From contig NW_027251345.1 in assembly GCF_044704955.1 (NCBI RefSeq), positions 1-52,126 on the forward strand: DNA of 52,126 nucleotides, in the 5' to 3' direction. The translations under genes and the position numbers were made by a program. The notes beneath the pieces are model-generated. The model searched no databases and was not told the DNA's origin. It worked only from the letters and a program-made list of their open reading frames with translations. Origin of the DNA: Pristiophorus japonicus (Eukaryota). Shown here in pieces: positions 39,340-52,126 of the stretch. The stretch's first letter is position 1, and each line of letters starts with the position of its first letter.

Positions 39340-39670
39340 CTCTACCTCTCTCATTTCTCTCTGCCTCACTGTCTCTCACTCTTTCCACCTTTCTCTTCTC
39401 TGCTTCTCTGTCCCTCTTTCTGCTATGCTCTCAGTCTACCTCTTTCGCTCCTCTCTTCTCTCTGCCTCATTCTCTTCTCTCTTACCATCCCGGCCAATAC
39501 CTTCTCTTCCTTTCCTCTCTTTCTCTGCCTCATTCTGTCTCTCCCACTCCCCCTTTTGGATTTAAGTCTCACTCTGTCTCACTTACTTTGCTGTCTGTTT
39601 GATCTCACTCTATCCAGCTCTCTCTCCCTTCCGTGTCAATCTTCCTCTCACTCATTCGCTCTCTCTCCCT
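39340..39670. repeat. CT-rich low-complexity tract
   Basis: Polypyrimidine run of degenerate (CT)n. Confidence 0.85.
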
Positions 39671-39679
39671 TCGTGCGGG

Positions 39680-41525
39680 TTGGAAGGTACCAAATATAAC
39701 CCCACTATTTAAGAAAGGAGGGAGAGAAAACAAGTAACCACAGACCAGTTAGCCTGACGTCAGTTATAAGGAAAATGTTAGATTCTATTATGAGGATGTG
39801 GTAACAGGGCACTATTAAAAATAATAATAGGATTGGGCAGAGTCAATACGGATTTATAAAACTGAAATCATGTTTGACAAATCTGTTAGCATTTTTTGAG
39901 GTGGTAACTAGCAGAACAGATAAGGGGGAACCAGTGGATATGGTGTATTTGGATTTTCAGAAGGCATTCGACAAGAAATAAACAAAATTAGAGCTCATAG
40001 GATTGGGGGTAATGTACTCGCATGGATTGAGGATTGGTTATAAAATCATAAAATAGTACAATATAAGCTCAAAGCCGAGTGAGTAATAGAATAGGTTAGA
40101 TTATAATGTGTGATGTTTATACCTATAATTATGAAACTATAAGAAAGAACAACTAACAGCAGGTAGGGGAGTTTAGGGATAATCGGAAAATTACTGAAGA
40201 AAAGTAACTGCTGGGCACCAGGGAAAGTGTCCTTGTAAATCACAGATTAGAGAAGTTCCAGCTGTCTTTTCCCAGCTTCTTGCCAAAACCCAGCAGAGAA
40301 GACAAAGAAGAGTCCGGTGCCAGAGATGAATCACTGCAGGGTATAAAAGTGAGGGGAGACTGATGTAAGGGGGCAATCAGGACTGGAGACACCGGAGATC
40401 AAGCTCAGGGTGCCCGAGGTTCCATTCAGCGGGCTGACCTTGTGTCATTTACTGTGGACACGAGCATGGATTGAGGATTGATTAACGGACAGAAAACAGA
40501 GTAGGAATAAACGGGTAATTTTCGGGTTGGCAGCCTGTAACTCGTGGAGTGGTACCGTAAGGATCAGGGCTTGGGCCCCAGCTATTCACAATATATATCA
40601 ATGATTTGGATGATATCCAAGTTTGCTGATGATACAAAGCTAGGTGGGAATGTAAGTTGTGAGGATGATGCAAAATGCAAAGAAACGTCAAAGGGATATA
40701 GATGGGCTAAGTGAGGTGGGCAAGAAGATGGAAAATGGAATATAATGTGAAGTTATCCACTTTGGTAGGAAAAATAGAAAAGCAGAGTAGTTTGTAAATG
40801 CTGAATGATTGGAAAATGCTGTTGTTCAGAGGGTCCTGGGTGTCCATGTATATGAATCACTGAAAGTTAACATGTGGGTACAGGAAGCAATTAAGACAGC
40901 AAATGGTATGTTTATCTTTTATTATAAGAGGGTTTGAGTATAAGAGTAAAGATGTATTACTGCAATTACATACTGCCCTGGTGAGACCACATTTGAAGTA
41001 TTGTGTACAGTTTTGGTTTCCTTACCTAAGAAAGGATATCCTTGCCATTGAGGAATGAAGGTTCACCTGACTGATTCCTGGGATGGGGGGATTGTCCTAT
41101 GAGGACAGATTAAGTAGATTAGGCCTATATTCTCTGTAGTTTAGAAGAATGAGAGGTGATCTAATTAAAACATACCCAATTCTTACAGGGCTTGACAGGG
41201 TAGATGCAGCAAGGATATTTCCTCTGGCTGGGAGTCTAGAACCAGGAGTCACAATCTCTGAATGAGTGGTTGCCCATTTAGGACTGAGATGAAGATAAAT
41301 TTCTTCACTCAGAGGATGGTGAATCTTTGGAAGTCTCTACCCCAAAGGGCTATGGATGCTCCGTCTTTGAGTATATTCAAGACAGAGGTTGATGCACTTT
41401 TTTGAATATTAAGGGATGAAGGGATATGAGGAAAGTGGAGTTGAGGTAGAAGATCAGCTATGATATTGAATGGTGGATCAGGCTCGAGGGGCCGAATGGC
41501 CGCCTCCTATTTTGTGTGTTCTTAT
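39680..41525 (+). mobile_element. CR1 LINE, degenerate, with an insertion at ~40037-40463
   Basis: RT motifs throughout and CR1 terminus near 41480-41525. Confidence 0.92.
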
Positions 41526-41583
41526 ACCGTAACATAAGTGGATTGGAGTCACTGTTAATATAGGAAAACTTGCTTTAGGTTCT

Positions 41584-42552
41584 AACCTCTGCTGCACCTC
41601 TGACACAGTTGACTACTCCATCCTCCTCCAACACCTCTCCACCAATGTCCAGCTAGGTGGGACTGCACTCGCCTGGTTCCATTCCTACCTATCTAATCGT
41701 AGCCAGAAAATATCGTGCAATGGCTTCTCTTCCCACTCCTGCATTGTTACCTCTGGTGTCCCCCAAGGATCTGTCCTTGTTTCCCTCTTATTTCTCACCT
41801 ATATGCTGCCCCTTGGCGATATCATCTGAAAACACGGAGTCAGTTTCTACATGTACGCTGACGATACCCAGCTCTACCTCTCCACCACTTGTCTCGACCC
41901 ATGCTTGGTATCTAAATTGTCAGATTGCTTGTCCAACATGAGCAGAAATTTTCTCCAATTAACTGTTGGGAAGACCGAAGCCATTATCTTTGGTCCCCGC
42001 CACAAACTGCGTTCCCTAACCACTGACTCCATCCCTCTCCCTAGCAACAATCTGAGGGAGAACAAGACTGTTCACAACCTAGGTGTCATATTTGACCCTA
42101 AAATGAGTTTCAAGCCACATATCCGTGGCATAACTAAAACCGCCTTTTTCCACCTCCATAACATTACACACCTCCGCCCCTGCGTCAGCTCTTGTGCTGC
42201 TGAAACCCTCATCCATGTCTTTGTTACCTCTAGACTTGACTTACTCCAACTCACTCCTGGCCGGTCTCCCACATTCCTCACTACGTAAACTTGAAGTCAT
42301 CCAAATCTCAGCCCCCCATGTACTAACCCACATCAAGTCAAGATCACCCATCACTCCTGTGCTTTCTGACCTACATTGGCTCCCAGTTAAACAAAGCCTC
42401 GATTTCAAAATTCTCATCCTTGTTTACAAATCATTCCATGGTCTCGCTCCTCCCTATCTCTGTAATCTTTTTCAGCCTCACAACCCCGCAAGCTGTCTTG
42501 CTCCTCAAATTCTGACCTCTTGAACATCCCTCATTATAACTGCTCAACCACC
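41584..42552 (+). mobile_element. L2-clade LINE ORF2 fragment
   Basis: MYADDTQLYLS, KTEAIIFGP, NLGVIFDP, SRLD.SNSLLAGLP, LHWLPVK..DFKIL. Confidence 0.92.
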
Positions 42553-43943
42553 ATTTTCCAATCCTCTCTGGCTTTAGATATGGTGCTGGAGGACTACTAA
42601 TGTGGTACTTTTGTTTAAGAAGGGCGAAAGGGATAGGCTGAGTAATTACAAACCAGTCAGCCTAACCTCAGTGGTAGGAAAATTATTGGAAAAAATCCTG
42701 AAGGACATGGATTAATCAAGGACAGTCAGCACGGATTTGTTAAGGGAAGGTCGTGTCTAACTAACTTGATTGAATTTTTCGAGGAGGGTGGATGAGGGCC
42801 AAGCGTATGATGTAGTGTATATAGATTTTAGCAAAGCTTGATAAGGTCCCACATGGCAGATTGGTCACGAAAGTAAACGCCCATGAGATCCAGGGCAAAG
42901 TGGCAAGTTGGATCCAAAATTGGCTCAGAGGCAGGACGCAAAGGGTAATGGTTGATGGATGTTTTTGTGACTGGAAGGATGTTTCCAGTGGGGTTCTGCA
43001 GGGCTCAGTACTAGGTCTCTTGCTTTTTGTGATATACTTGAATATAGACTTGAATATAGGGGCTATGATTAGGAAGTTTGCAGATGATACTAAAATCGGC
43101 TGTGTGGTTGATAATGAAGAAAGCCGCGGGCTGCAGGAAGATATCAATCAACTGGTCAAAACAATGGCAAATGGAATTTAATCCAGAGAGGTGTGAGGTA
43201 ATGCATGTGAGGAGGGCTAACAAGGAAAGGGAATACACATTAAATGGTAGGACACTGAGAAATGTGGAGGAACAAAGGGACCTTGGAGTGCATGTCCACA
43301 GATCCCTGAAAGTAGCAGTACAGATAGATAAGGTGGTTAAGAATGCCAACGGAATGCTTATTAGCCGAGGCACAGAATACAAGAGCAGGGGGTTATGCTT
43401 GAACTGTTTTTAAAAACAAAAAGCTGGAGTACTGCGTGCAGTTCTGGTCACCACATTACAGGAAGGACATGATTGCATTGAAGAGGGTACAGAGGAGATT
43501 TGAGGATGTTGCCGGGAGTGGAGAATCTTAGCTATGAGGACAGATTGGATAGGCTGGATTTATTTTCCTTGGAACAGAGGAGGCTGAGAGGAAACCTCAT
43601 TGAGGTGTATAAAATTATGAGGGCCTAGATATAGTGGATAGAAAGGGCCTATTTCCCTTAGCAGATGGTTCAACAACCAGGGGGCATAAATTAAAATAAT
43701 TGGTAAAAGATTTAGAGGGGATTTGAGGGGAAATGTCTTCACGCAGAGGGTTGTGGGGGTCTGGAACTCACTGCCTGAAAGGGTGGTAGGGGCAGAAACC
43801 CTCACCCACATTAAAAAAATACTTGGATGTGCACTTGAAGTGTCGTAACCTACAGGGTTACGGCTGGATAGGCTCTTGTTGGCCGGCACGGGCACGATGG
43901 GCCAAAATGGCCTCCTTCTGTGCTGTAAACTTCTATGATTCTA
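42553..43943 (+). mobile_element. CR1 LINE, second subfamily, degenerate
   Basis: GVLQGSVLG, KFADDTKIG, EEQRDLGV; TTCTATGATTCTA tail. Confidence 0.93.
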
Positions 43944-44007
43944 CTTCCAATATAAATAGCTGTGACGTGGTGCATTTTGGTAGGTGGAATAAGGAGGCCA
44001 CGTACTC

Positions 44008-46166
44008 GGTGTCAGCTGTGGCTCAGTGAGGAGCACTCTCACCTCTGAGTTATAAGATTGTGGGTACAATTCCCACACCAGGGATTTGAGCACAAAAATC
44101 TCGGCTGACAATCTAGTGCAGTGCTGAGGGAGTGCTGCACTATCAGGTGCCGTCTTTCAGAAGCGACGTTAAACCGCAGCCCCGTCTGCTCCCTCAGGTG
44201 CATGTAAAAGGTCCCATGACACTATTGCGAGGAAGAGCAGAGGAGTTATTCCCGGTCTCCTGGCCAGTATTTATCCTTCAACATTACAGAAACAGATTGT
44301 CTGGTCGTTATCCCCTCGAGGATGAGACTGGAGAATTAATAATGGATAATCAAGGGGCTATATGGAGGGAGGAACTTAACACTATCACTAATGAAGTCGT
44401 ACTCGGTAAAATAGTGCCACTAAAGGCAGACAAGTCCCCAGGACCTGATGGCTTACATCTTAGGGTCTTAAAAGAGGTGGCTGCAGAGATAGTGGATGCA
44501 TTGGTTGTAATCTACCAAAATTCATTGGATTCTGCAGCAGTCCCAGAGGATTGGAAAACCGCAAATGTAACGCCCCTATTTAAAAAAGGAGGCAGACAAA
44601 AAGCAGGAAACTATAGACCAGTTAGCCTAACATCTGTCGTTGGGGAAAATGCTCGAGTCCATTATTAAGGAAGCAGTAGCAGGACATTTGGAAAAGCATA
44701 ATTCAATCAAGCAGAGTCTGCATGGTTTTATGAAAGGGAAATCATGTTCGACAAATTTGCTGGAGCTCTTTGAGGATGTAACGAGCAGGGTGGATAAGGG
44801 GGAACCAGTGGATGTAGTTTAATTGGATTTCCAGAAGGCATTCGATAAGGTGCCACATAAAAGGTTACTGCACAAGATAAAAGTTCACTGGGTAGGGGGC
44901 AATATATTTGCATGGGTAGAGGATTGGCTAACTAACAGAAAACAGAGAGTCGGGATAAATGGGTCATTTTCCGGTTGGCCAACAGTGAATGGTGGGGTGT
45001 CGCAGGGTGCTAGGTCCTCAACTATTTACAATCTATATTAATGACTTGATGAAGGGACCGAGTGTAATGTAGCCAAATTTGCTGATGGTACAAAGATGGG
45101 TGGGAAAGCAAATTGTGAGGAGGACACAAAAAAATCTGCAGAGGAATATAGACAGGCTAAGTGAGTGGGCAAAAATCTGGCAGATGGAGTATAAAGTGGC
45201 AAAATGTGAGGTTATCCTCACATTGACCCACTTTGGCAGTAAAAATAGAAAAGCAAATTACAATTTAAATGGAGAAAAATTGCAAAGTGTTGCAGTACAG
45301 GGGGATCTGGGGATCCTTGTGCACAAAACACAAAAAGTTAGTATGTAGGTACAGCACGTAATCAGGAAGGCAAATGGAATGTTGGCTTTTATCACAAGGG
45401 AATAGAGTATAAAAGCAGAGAAGTCCTGCTACAACTGTACAGGGTATTGGTGAGGCCACACCTGGAGTACTACATACAGTTTTGGTCTCTATTTAAGGAA
45501 GGATATACTTTCATTAGAGGCTGTTCAGAGAAGGTTCACTCGGTTGAGTCCGGAGTTGACTTATGAAGGTGGGTTGAGTAGGTTGGGCCTATACACATTG
45601 GAGTTCAGAAGAATGAGAGGTGATCATATCGAAACATACAAGATAATGAGGTGGCTCGACAAGGTGGATGCACAAAGGATATTTCCACTCATAGGGGAAC
45701 TAAAACTAGGGGACATAGTCTCAGAATAAGGGGCTGCCCATTTAAAACTGAGATGAGGAGGAACTTCTTCTGAGGGTTGTAAATCTGTGGAATTCTCTGC
45801 CCCAGAGAGCTGTGGAGGCTGGGTCTTTGAATATCCTTAAGGTGGAGATAGACAGATTTTTGAGTGATAAAGGAATACAGGGTTATGGGGAGCAGGCAGG
45901 GAAGCGGAGCCAAGTCCATGGTCAGAACAGCCATGATCTTATTGAATGGTGGAGCAGGCTCAATGGGCCGAATGGCCTACTCCTGCTCCTATTTCTTATG
46001 TTCTCATCACATTGCTGTTTGTGGGAGCTTGTTGTGCGCAAATTGGTGCTGCGTTTCCCACATTACAACAGTGACTACGCTCCAAAAGTACTTCATTTGC
46101 TTTAAAGCTTTGTTTTGAGATGTGTGGTGGTGGTGAAAGGTGCAGTATAAATGCAAGTCTTCCATT
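44008..46166 (+). mobile_element. tRNA-derived SINE (SacSINE1/DeuSINE-like), halves 44008-44312 and 46006-46166
   Basis: A box TGGCTCAGTGAG 44019-44030, B-box-like GGGTACAATTCCC 44062-44074; halves join at ATC; tail ...TATAAATGCAAGTCTT; family name from recall. Confidence 0.85.
44313..46005 (+). mobile_element. CR1 LINE nested in the SINE
   Basis: KSPGPDGLH.RVLKE, NYRPVSLTSV and RT motifs; same subfamily as 1160-2507. Confidence 0.96.
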
Positions 46167-46215
46167 TTTGGGAAAAAAGTGTCTAAATGGTGTTGAGGAG
46201 CAAAGAGATCTAGGG

Positions 46216-48381
46216 CAGGGGGGGGCAATTATTTGGGCTGGAGGGCCACTTAACAAAGTTTTGGTGAGCTGTTGAGTGCCGCCCACCAATATTTTACCAA
46301 TCGCTGGGTCCCGCGCAGACTGATCCCCAGCTCCTGCCACTGGAAGAGACACTGTGCTTTTGTGCAGCTGCATCGTGCCCGGCTGTGCAGCAAATTTAAA
46401 GGGACCGTGCTCAAAAACATTAAAACATTGCATAACCATAAATTCATGTAGTAGTCAGATGCTATCTTACATACACAACTTGTATCCGGTACTGCTTATA
46501 AATGAAACATTGAAAAATAGAAAATAGGTGCAGGAGTAGGCTATTCGGCCCTTCGAGCCTGCACCACCATTCAATATGATCATCTGTTCAGTACCCCATT
46601 CCTGCTTTCCCTCCATTTCCCTTGATCCCTTTAGCCGTAAGGGCCACTTCTCACTCCCATTTGAATATATCTAACGAACTGGCCTCAACAACTTTCTGTG
46701 GTAGAGAATTACACATGCTCACAACTCTCTGAGTGAAGAAGTTTCTTCTCCTCTCAGTCCTAAATGGCTTACCCCTTACCCTTAGACTGTGACCCCTGGT
46801 TCTGGACTTCCCCAACATCGGGAACATTCTTCCTGCATCTAACCTGTCCAATCCCGTCAGAATTTTATGTTTCTATGAGATCCCCTCTCATTCTTCTAAA
46901 TTTCATGGAATATAAGCCGAGTCGATTCAGTCTTTCTTCATATGTCAGTCCTGTCATCCCAGGAATAAGTCTGGTGAACCTTCGCTGCACTCCCTCAATA
47001 GCAAGAATGTCCTTCCTCAGATTAGGAGACCAAAACTGTACACAATATTCAAGGTGTGGCCTCACCAAGGCCCTGAACAACTGTAGTAAGACCTCCGTGC
47101 TCCTATTCTCAAATCCTCTCGCTATGAAGGACAACATGCCTTTTGCCGCCTTCACCACCTGCTGTACCTGCATGCCAACTTTCAATGACTGATGTACCAT
47201 GACACCCAGGTCTCGTTGCACTTCCCCTTTTACTAACCTGTCACCATTCAGATAATCTGCCTTCCTGTTTTTACCACCAAAGTGAATAAGCTCACATTTA
47301 ACTACATTATACCTACCGCATCTGCCATGTATTTGCCCACTCACCTAACCTGTCCAAGTCACCCTGCAGCCTTCTCACAGCTCACACTGCCACCCAGCTT
47401 AGTGTCATCTGCAAACTTGAAGATATTACATTCAATTCCTTCGTCTAAATCATTAATGTATATTGTAAATAGCTGGGGTCCCAGCACTGAACCTTGCGGT
47501 ACCCCACTAGTCACTGCCTGCCATTCCGAAAAGGACCTGTTTATTCCTACTCTTTGCTTCCTGTCTGCCAACCAGTTCTCTATCCACGTCAGTACATTAC
47601 CCCCAATACCATGTGCTTTAATTTTGCACACTAATCTCTTGAGTGGGACCTTGTCAAAAGCCTTTTGAAAGTCTAAATACACCACATCCACTGGCTCCCT
47701 CTTGTCCACTCTACTAGTTACATCCTCAAACAATTCTAGAAGATTTGTCAAGCATGATTTCCCTTTCATAAATCCATGCTGACTTGGACCGAATCAAAGA
47801 TAAAAGTTGAAAATGTTGTGGTATCTTCTGGTCTCTCTAAATCAGTGCTGTGAAATAGAACTGTAGCCCCTTTAGAGCCTGTGTCAGCATCATTTTTCCA
47901 CCTCAGTCATCATTATGTCCCTCTGCAAAGATTACTAATGCTGTCCCAATTGGTGCGAGATGAGAACTCCCCTGCCATTGTACCGGGAGAAGAAAGATGC
48001 AGAGCCAGTCACTTTCTTCGGTAAAAGATTTGTGGAGATGAGCAGCCATGACTCCACTCTAAATTGGATAGGGCATCTTCTAGTACGCAGTGCATTCTGG
48101 GTACTGATGTCTGCCATTGGCGCCTAGAATTACGGAACGAATCCTTTTAAAATCGGCCAGAGAGAATCGCTTTGGCAAGTTATTAATTTGAATGAAGTAT
48201 TCCTATATTTTTTCCTTGGCTGCAGTTTGGTTCTGTCACTGACTCATGAGAAGTGAAAGTGGATAGACGAATGTGCAGCTCGAGCTCCGGCTCGCGTTCT
48301 ATTTCTGTCCCATCTAGCGGGCCGGATAGAATGTCTTGGCGGGCCAGATATGGCCCATGGGCTGTATTTTGCCCACCAGTG
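46216..48381. mobile_element. Non-autonomous hAT-type DNA transposon
   Basis: 8-bp TSD ATCTAGGG (46208-46215 and 48382-48389); imperfect TIRs CAGGGGGGGGCAA and TTGCCCACCAGTG; flanks rejoin as CR1 EEQRDLG..HKSLK. Confidence 0.88.
46515..47792 (-). mobile_element. CR1 LINE nested in the hAT element
   Basis: ORF pieces 47359-47769, 46865-47344, 46651-46851; same subfamily as 18152-19587. Confidence 0.96.
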
Positions 48382-48389
48382 ATCTAGGG

Positions 48390-49084
48390 GAACAGATGCA
48401 CAAATCATTAAAAGCAGGTTAACAAGGCAATGGAAATGTAAATAAAGCACTGGGTCTCATTTCTAGAGTAAAAGAACTGCAAAGCAGAGAAGGTTTGTTA
48501 AACGTATATATAACCTTGGTTGGACCACACTTGGAATACTGTGATCAGTTTTGGTCTCCATATAATGAAAAAGATATACTGGACTGTGGCTGTTGCAAAA
48601 AAGATTTCCAAGGATGACACCAGAAGTGAGAGGTTTTCAGTATCCAGAATGGCTGAACATGCTGGGGCTCTTTCTCTCGAAAAGAGAAGGCTCATAGAGA
48701 TCTTTATATATATATATATATATAAAGATCTCTATGTAGCTGTTTGTTAGGGTAGATGTAGACAAGATGTTACCACTTGTGGGAGTCCAAAACTAGGGAC
48801 TAAATATAAGATAGTCACTAATAAATCCAATAAGGAATTCAGGAGAAACCTCTTTACCCAGAGAGTGGTTAGAATGTAGAGCTTGCTCGCACGTGGAGTT
48901 CAGGTGAGTAGCAGAGTGCCTTTAAGGGGAAGCTAGATACGTACATGAGGGAGAAAGGAATAGAAGGATATGATAGGGTGAGGTGAAGTAAGGTGAGAGA
49001 ATGCTCGTGTGGAGCATAAACACCGCCATGGACATGTTGGGCCGAATGGCCTGTTTCTGTGCAGTAAATACTATGTAATTCTAT
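48390..49084 (+). mobile_element. Old CR1 3' part (host of the hAT; 5' stub 46167-46215)
   Basis: Degenerate LV.PHLEYC.QFWSP region and CR1-type end. Confidence 0.85.
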
Positions 49085-49409
49085 AGTGAATTCTGAAAAG
49101 ACATGGTACAGCACTCGAAACAATCTTCAGCTGTCAGCTGGGTGTCACAGAAGGTCAAAACACTGACCTTTCACCCCTGCCAATCTGAAGGACTTGTGTG
49201 AAATGAATGTGGGGAGTTCAAACAGAGTCCTTGGTGAGAGGTCAGATTTGTACCAAACCAGGCCCGAAATCGACAGAGGAACTGACGAACAAGTGCCTTT
49301 AAAAGTCTGCTTAAACCCTTTCAATCCACCTACGCCCTTAACCCATGTGTGTGTTTCAGCATGTCTGTGTGTGTGTGTTTGTCTTTGTGTGTCAATATAC
49401 AGACACTGA

Positions 49410-49800
49410 ACCCAACCTAACAAAAATCAGTCAGTCTGAGTCTTGAATGTTTTAGTTGAGCTCCAGATTTTTGAGGGAGAGATTTCCAGATTGCGACTGA
49501 CCTTTGTGTGAAGAAGTGCATCCTGGCCTCACCCTTGAACGGCCTAGCTTTAATTTTAAGTTTATTCCCCTTGATCTGGACTCTTCCACCAGATGAAATA
49601 GTATCTCTCTGTCATCTTAAAATGTCAATGATATCATCCTTCATTTTCTATCTTCAAGGAAGTAAAAGACTTGTCTATGCCACCTGTCCTCATAATTTAA
49701 CCCTTTTAGCCCCGGTATCAATCTGCTGAATCTGTACTGCACCCCCGCCAAAGCTAATACATCATTCGTGAGGTCCAGAACTGAACACAATTCTCTCGAT
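49410..49800 (-). mobile_element. Very degenerate CR1 3' fragment
   Basis: Weak match to the CR1 ORF2 C-terminus on the minus strand. Confidence 0.55.
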
Positions 49801-50097
49801 GGGCTCTTCCTTTGCATGGTTTAGTTTGCACGGATGCAATTCATCCAGTCCTGAGGATTTATCGTTTAAGTTTTCCTAGTTTATAAATTCAGGAACAGAA
49901 ATGGTCTGGAGTAGGGCTGGGGACAGAGTGACAGTAGTAATGCCAAGGTAATGAGGATGTGCTCAGTATTGTATGTGCCCTGGGAGTGCTTGATGGTGAC
50001 ACTGGAGATAAAGTGGAGGAAGGAACATCGGAACAGGAACAGGCCATTCAGCTCCTCGAGCCTGTTCCCCCATTCAGTGAGATCAGGGCTGATCTGT

Positions 50098-51299
50098 CTC
50101 TTAACTCCTTCCACCTGCTTTACCTCCGTATCCTTTTATACCCCTGCTCTGAAAAATCTCTGCTCATCCACAGCTCCGAGCTTCTCGCCAGTTAGAAAAG
50201 TGTATGTGTGTCAATCTTTGTGGCTGTGTATGTGTTTATGTATATATTTTGATATATGAATGTGTGCGTGCTTGTGTATGTGCTTATGTGGGTATGTCTC
50301 TACGTGTGTGTATGTGTCTGTGTGAGATTGTCTCTTCCTCCTTGTTCTGTTGCTCACTAAACACAGTTCAGTATCAATGTGTCTCGGCCATTCACCTCCC
50401 CAGAAAGTGCTGAATTTTCTGCTTCAATTGGTGCATTCTGATCAATTTGATTCTGATATTTAACAGCAGAAAACAACTGCTGCAGAGTCTCAGCAAATGA
50501 ATCTCTATTTGGATTAGTTCACCAGTCCTGGCAACTGCTCCATAGGAACAGGAGTATGCCATTGAGCCCTTCGAGCCTGTTTCCCCCATTCAATGAGATC
50601 CTGGCTGATCTGCGACCTTACTCCATATACCCACCTTTGACCAGATTCTTTAATACCTTTAGTTAACAAACAGCTATCAATCTCCGATTTAAAATTAACA
50701 ACTGACCTAGCATCAATTGGTGCTTGAGGAAGCGAGTTCCAAACTTCTACCACTCATTATGTACAAATGTGTTTCCTCATTTCACTGCTAAAAATTCTGG
50801 CTCTAATTTTTAGACTATGCCCCGAGTCCTAGAATCCCCAACCAGCAGAAATAGTTTCTCTCTATCTACCCCATCTGTTCCGCTTAATATCTTAAACTTC
50901 GATCAGATCAGCCCTTAACCTAAATTCTAATGAATACAGTCCTAATTTGTGCAATTTTTCCTCATACCTTAAACCTTGGAGTCTGAGTATCATTCTGGTA
51001 AATCGACGCTGTACTCTCCAAGGCCAATATAACCTTCCTAAGGCATGGTGCCCAGAACTGCTCTCAGTGCTCCAGGTGTTGGCTAACCAGGGCTTTGTAT
51101 AGCTGCAGCATAACTTTGACCCCCGAGTATTCTAGTGCTCCGAGATGTAAAAGCCTTCCTTTAGCCTTTATGATTATTCTCTGTTCTTGTTCATGACATT
51201 TTAATGATCTCTGCACCTGGACTCCCAAGTCTCTTTGGACCTCCACTGTTTTTAGCTTTTCATCATTTACAAAGTACCTTCTTGTATCCTTTTTAGGTC
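50098..51299 (-). repeat. Inverted duplicate of 36038-37237 (CR1 3' part plus flank)
   Basis: Colinear reverse complement including the non-CR1 flank and (CA)-rich tract; matching ORF translations (36586/50514, 36746/50392, 36924/50204). Confidence 0.95.
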
Positions 51300-51303
51300 T
51301 AAA

Positions 51304-52126
51304 GGGCCCAAGTTTCGGGCCGTGCCTAGCCCCTAGACGTCTGTTTTTCGCGCCCAAAAGTGCACCTAAAAAATACTTAAAGATTCTCCGGCTCCCTGCA
51401 GGTCCTCTGGAGCTGGGCGCGGCGCAGCACGAGCGGTGGGGGGCGGAGCCAGGTCCCTGCGCTGAAAACAGTGCGACCCGCACGCGCACGACAGTGGGCG
51501 CCCAAAACTGTGTGGGAGGGGCCCAAAGCACGCCACCCCGAGCCCTGTCCGAATGGGCTCACTGGGGCGACGTGGATCAGGCTGCAGCTCCCTCGCCCAG
51601 CTCCTGCTTCCTCCCTTCAGCTGGCTCTCTCAAACCCGCCCCCCACCCGGACCTGACACCTTCCCCGCCGCCCCCCGCGCTGGACCTGACCCGACTTCGC
51701 CCCTCCCGCCCGACTCGACTCCCGCACCCCCGCCCCGTACTCGACCCGACTCCCGCTCTGCCCCACCCCCCCCCCCGACCACACCCGACCCGAGCTCCGC
51801 TTCTCCCCCCACCACCGGGACCTGACCCGACCCCCGCTTCCCCCCCCAGGACCCAACCCGACCCACAGCCACCTACCTTTAACTTCGGTGCTGGGAGCGG
51901 CCCTGCCCAAAGTCTTGGGGCCCGGCCAGCCAGGCCCGTTCAGCCGCCCTCTCCTCTNNNNNNNNNNNNNNNNNNNNNNNNNNNNNNNNNNNNNNNNNNN
52001 NNNNNNNNNNNNNNNNNNNNNNNNNNNNNNNNNNNNNNNNNNNNNNNNNNNNNNNNNNNNNNNNNNNNNNNNNNNNNNNNNNNNNNNNNNNNNNNNNNNN
52101 NNNNNNNNNNCCTTCGCCCCTCCCTC
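51304..52126. mobile_element. GC/CpG-rich insertion of unknown class with internal CCCGAC repeats; runs into an N gap (51958-52110)
   Basis: Abrupt switch from CR1 at GGGCCCAAGTTTCGGGCC; CpGs undecayed; other end not visible. Confidence 0.55.

Noticed and set aside
44008-44085. tRNA gene
   Set aside because: A/B boxes belong to a SINE head; degenerate B box, no cloverleaf, continues into the SINE body

Overview
Eukaryotic, repeat-rich vertebrate DNA; the histone variants and CR1/SINE families suggest a cartilaginous fish (shark-like), which is inference from recalled sequence families. The core (13.1-27.3 kb) is a replication-dependent histone cluster: intact H1 and H4, H3 (3' part in an N gap), two H2A, two H2B, two H4 pseudogenes and one H2B fragment, all with 3' stem-loops. 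It grew by tandem duplication of an H2A-H2B-H4 unit. Around it are four copies of an unannotated ~1.2-2.4 kb minus-strand unit with conserved splice sites, no conserved ORF and, in one copy, an intact NRF1/GC-box promoter. Each copy is followed by a same-polarity 41-bp satellite array. There is also a 42-bp minisatellite built from the CR1 3' terminus, and a probable zinc-finger gene 5' end interrupted by an LTR. The right third is nested TEs (CR1, L2, tRNA-SINE, solo LTR, hAT) with several resolvable TSDs. No CRISPR array or rRNA gene was seen, and no true tRNA gene. TE and satellite boundaries are approximate unless a TSD is given.
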